Below are positions 63,213 through 64,000 of a stretch of DNA of 64,000 nt, piece after piece. The translations under genes were made by a program, and so were the position numbers. The DNA comes from Paludibacter sp. (lineage in GTDB: Bacteria; Bacteroidota; Bacteroidia; Bacteroidales; Paludibacteraceae): positions 23,437 through 87,436 of the forward strand of contig JAQUWU010000002.1 of the NCBI GenBank assembly GCA_028692715.1. Direction: 5' to 3'. The notes beneath the pieces are model-generated. The model made no database searches, had not been told where the DNA came from, and saw only the letters and a list, made by a program, of their open reading frames with translations. Numbering within the stretch: the stretch's first letter is position 1; every line of letters begins with the position of its first letter.

Positions 63213-63403
63213 TTTTTATCAATTATAATTAGTATTTCGATTGAATAATTTTGTTTGCGGAGCTTTTTTCTGCTGTTTTGAGAAAAGAACATTTATGATT
63301 CAAGCTTAGAAAAAAGACTCGCAAAAATAGCAATTTTTATTTAAGTTTCAACTTTTTTACTGCACAAAATTCTAAAAATGTGCATAAAATTTATGTAGTT
63401 ACA

Positions 63404-63440
63404 TAAAAAAAACGTAAGACTTTTCACAAAGTCTTACGTT
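63404..63440. promoter_or_regulatory. strong 11-bp-stem hairpin (ACGTAAGACTTTT-CAC-AAAGTCTTACGT) flanked by A- and T-runs, inside the divergent promoter region upstream of etfB
   Basis: Perfect inverted repeat. Preceded by the ATGTA-GT-TACAT palindrome at about 63384-63395. Confidence 0.4.
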
Positions 63441-63817
63441 TAAATAGGTATTAGTTTTTTTAAGGTATAAAAAAGATTGTGTTGTTTAGTTAACGATGCA
63501 AATAAACGGCTTAAAATGTAGTTGCACAAGTCAAAAAACATGTTTTACAACCTGTTTTTCGATGTTTTTGTCGTAAACTCCTCTTTTCTTGTGGGTGAAA
63601 TCAATGTTAAATGTAACATAATCAGTGTTATATGATTCATTTGTGGTGTTTCGCTAAAAAAAGCTAAAAAAACCATTTTTGTTCAGTATTTATCTCCGAA
63701 AATTAACTGGGATGTTTTTTTACTTAAAATATCTTACAAATTTAAAATATTTTATCTGATTATTTTTGTAAAAAATAAAGTAAAATATTAACGTTTGTCA
63801 AAAACAATGAAAAGTTT

Positions 63818-63825
63818 TATCTTTG
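63818..63825 (+). promoter_or_regulatory. -7 promoter box TATCTTTG for the downstream plus-strand gene
   Basis: TAnnTTTG consensus about 80 nt upstream of the ATG at 63907. Confidence 0.4.
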
Positions 63826-63906
63826 CAATCATAAATCTTTAATAACAAGAAATCATACTTTCTGTTGAAAAGTAGGTTTCAATAATCAACTAAAAAAATA
63901 TTACAA

Positions 63907-64000
63907 ATGAAAAAGACCGGACTTCTATTCGTTATTATTTTATTTACAACAGGTATGATGGCTCAAAACCTTCAAGTGCATTATGATTTTGGAAAAGATC
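63907..64000 (+). CDS. 5' end of a secreted hypothetical protein (signal peptide); gene continues beyond window
   Basis: MKKTGLLFVIILFTTGMMAQNLQVHYDFGKD... No stop before the window end. Confidence 0.4.
   Translation, partial: MKKTGLLFVIILFTTGMMAQNLQVHYDFGKD

Overview
AT-rich (about 30-35% GC) chromosomal segment from a Bacteroidota (probably Bacteroidales) genome. Evidence for the taxon: Bacteroides-type TAnnTTTG -7 promoter boxes, CarbopepD-TonB receptors, a NUDIX-type AraR, and the rpsU-xerC-hpf-tRNA-tuf gene order.

Left third (accessory and metabolic): a partial GH51 arabinofuranosidase, araD, a NUDIX-family AraR-like regulator, a GH2 enzyme, a TonB-dependent receptor with a downstream lipoprotein, an orphan OmpR regulator, a glycosyltransferase plus LpxH-like phosphoesterase, purA, fur, tRNA-His, a GH9/CE4 fusion, lysC-lysA, a GT2, an RprXY-like two-component pair, an SDR, cspA, a plug-domain-only secreted protein, NfeD-flotillin, Sir2, and a GNAT/nitrilase fusion.

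Middle: the fully conserved translation/transcription block rpsU, xerC-like, hpf, tRNA-Thr/Tyr/Gly/Thr, tuf, tRNA-Trp, secE, nusG, rplK, rplA, rplJ, rplL, rpoB, rpoC.

Right: two abutting transposase fragments (IS66-family and IS4/IS5-superfamily) immediately after the rpoC terminator, a frameshifted sppA, manC, mutL, a HAD hydrolase and an acd-etfA-etfB cluster.

Most unusual: two PF05635 'four-helix-bundle' (23S-IVS / Avd-like) mini-genes sit in intergenic slots of otherwise conserved gene neighbourhoods. One is interrupted by an in-frame TAA and bracketed by long inverted tandem heptamer arrays, (A/T)CAGTTA x9 against TG(C/T)TAAC x9-11. The other is wedged between acd and etfA and flanked by inverted GAAGTTA motifs. 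Together they look like an undescribed cassette-like insertion element.

Also notable: recurrent CCCC-TAA(A)-GGGG / GGGTTAGGGG GC-hairpin motifs at gene boundaries, a pyrimidine-tract/purine-tract mirror segment upstream of the HAD gene, a decayed DUF1761 pseudogene, and a tRNA-His with acceptor-stem mismatches.

No rRNA, CRISPR array or prophage was seen.
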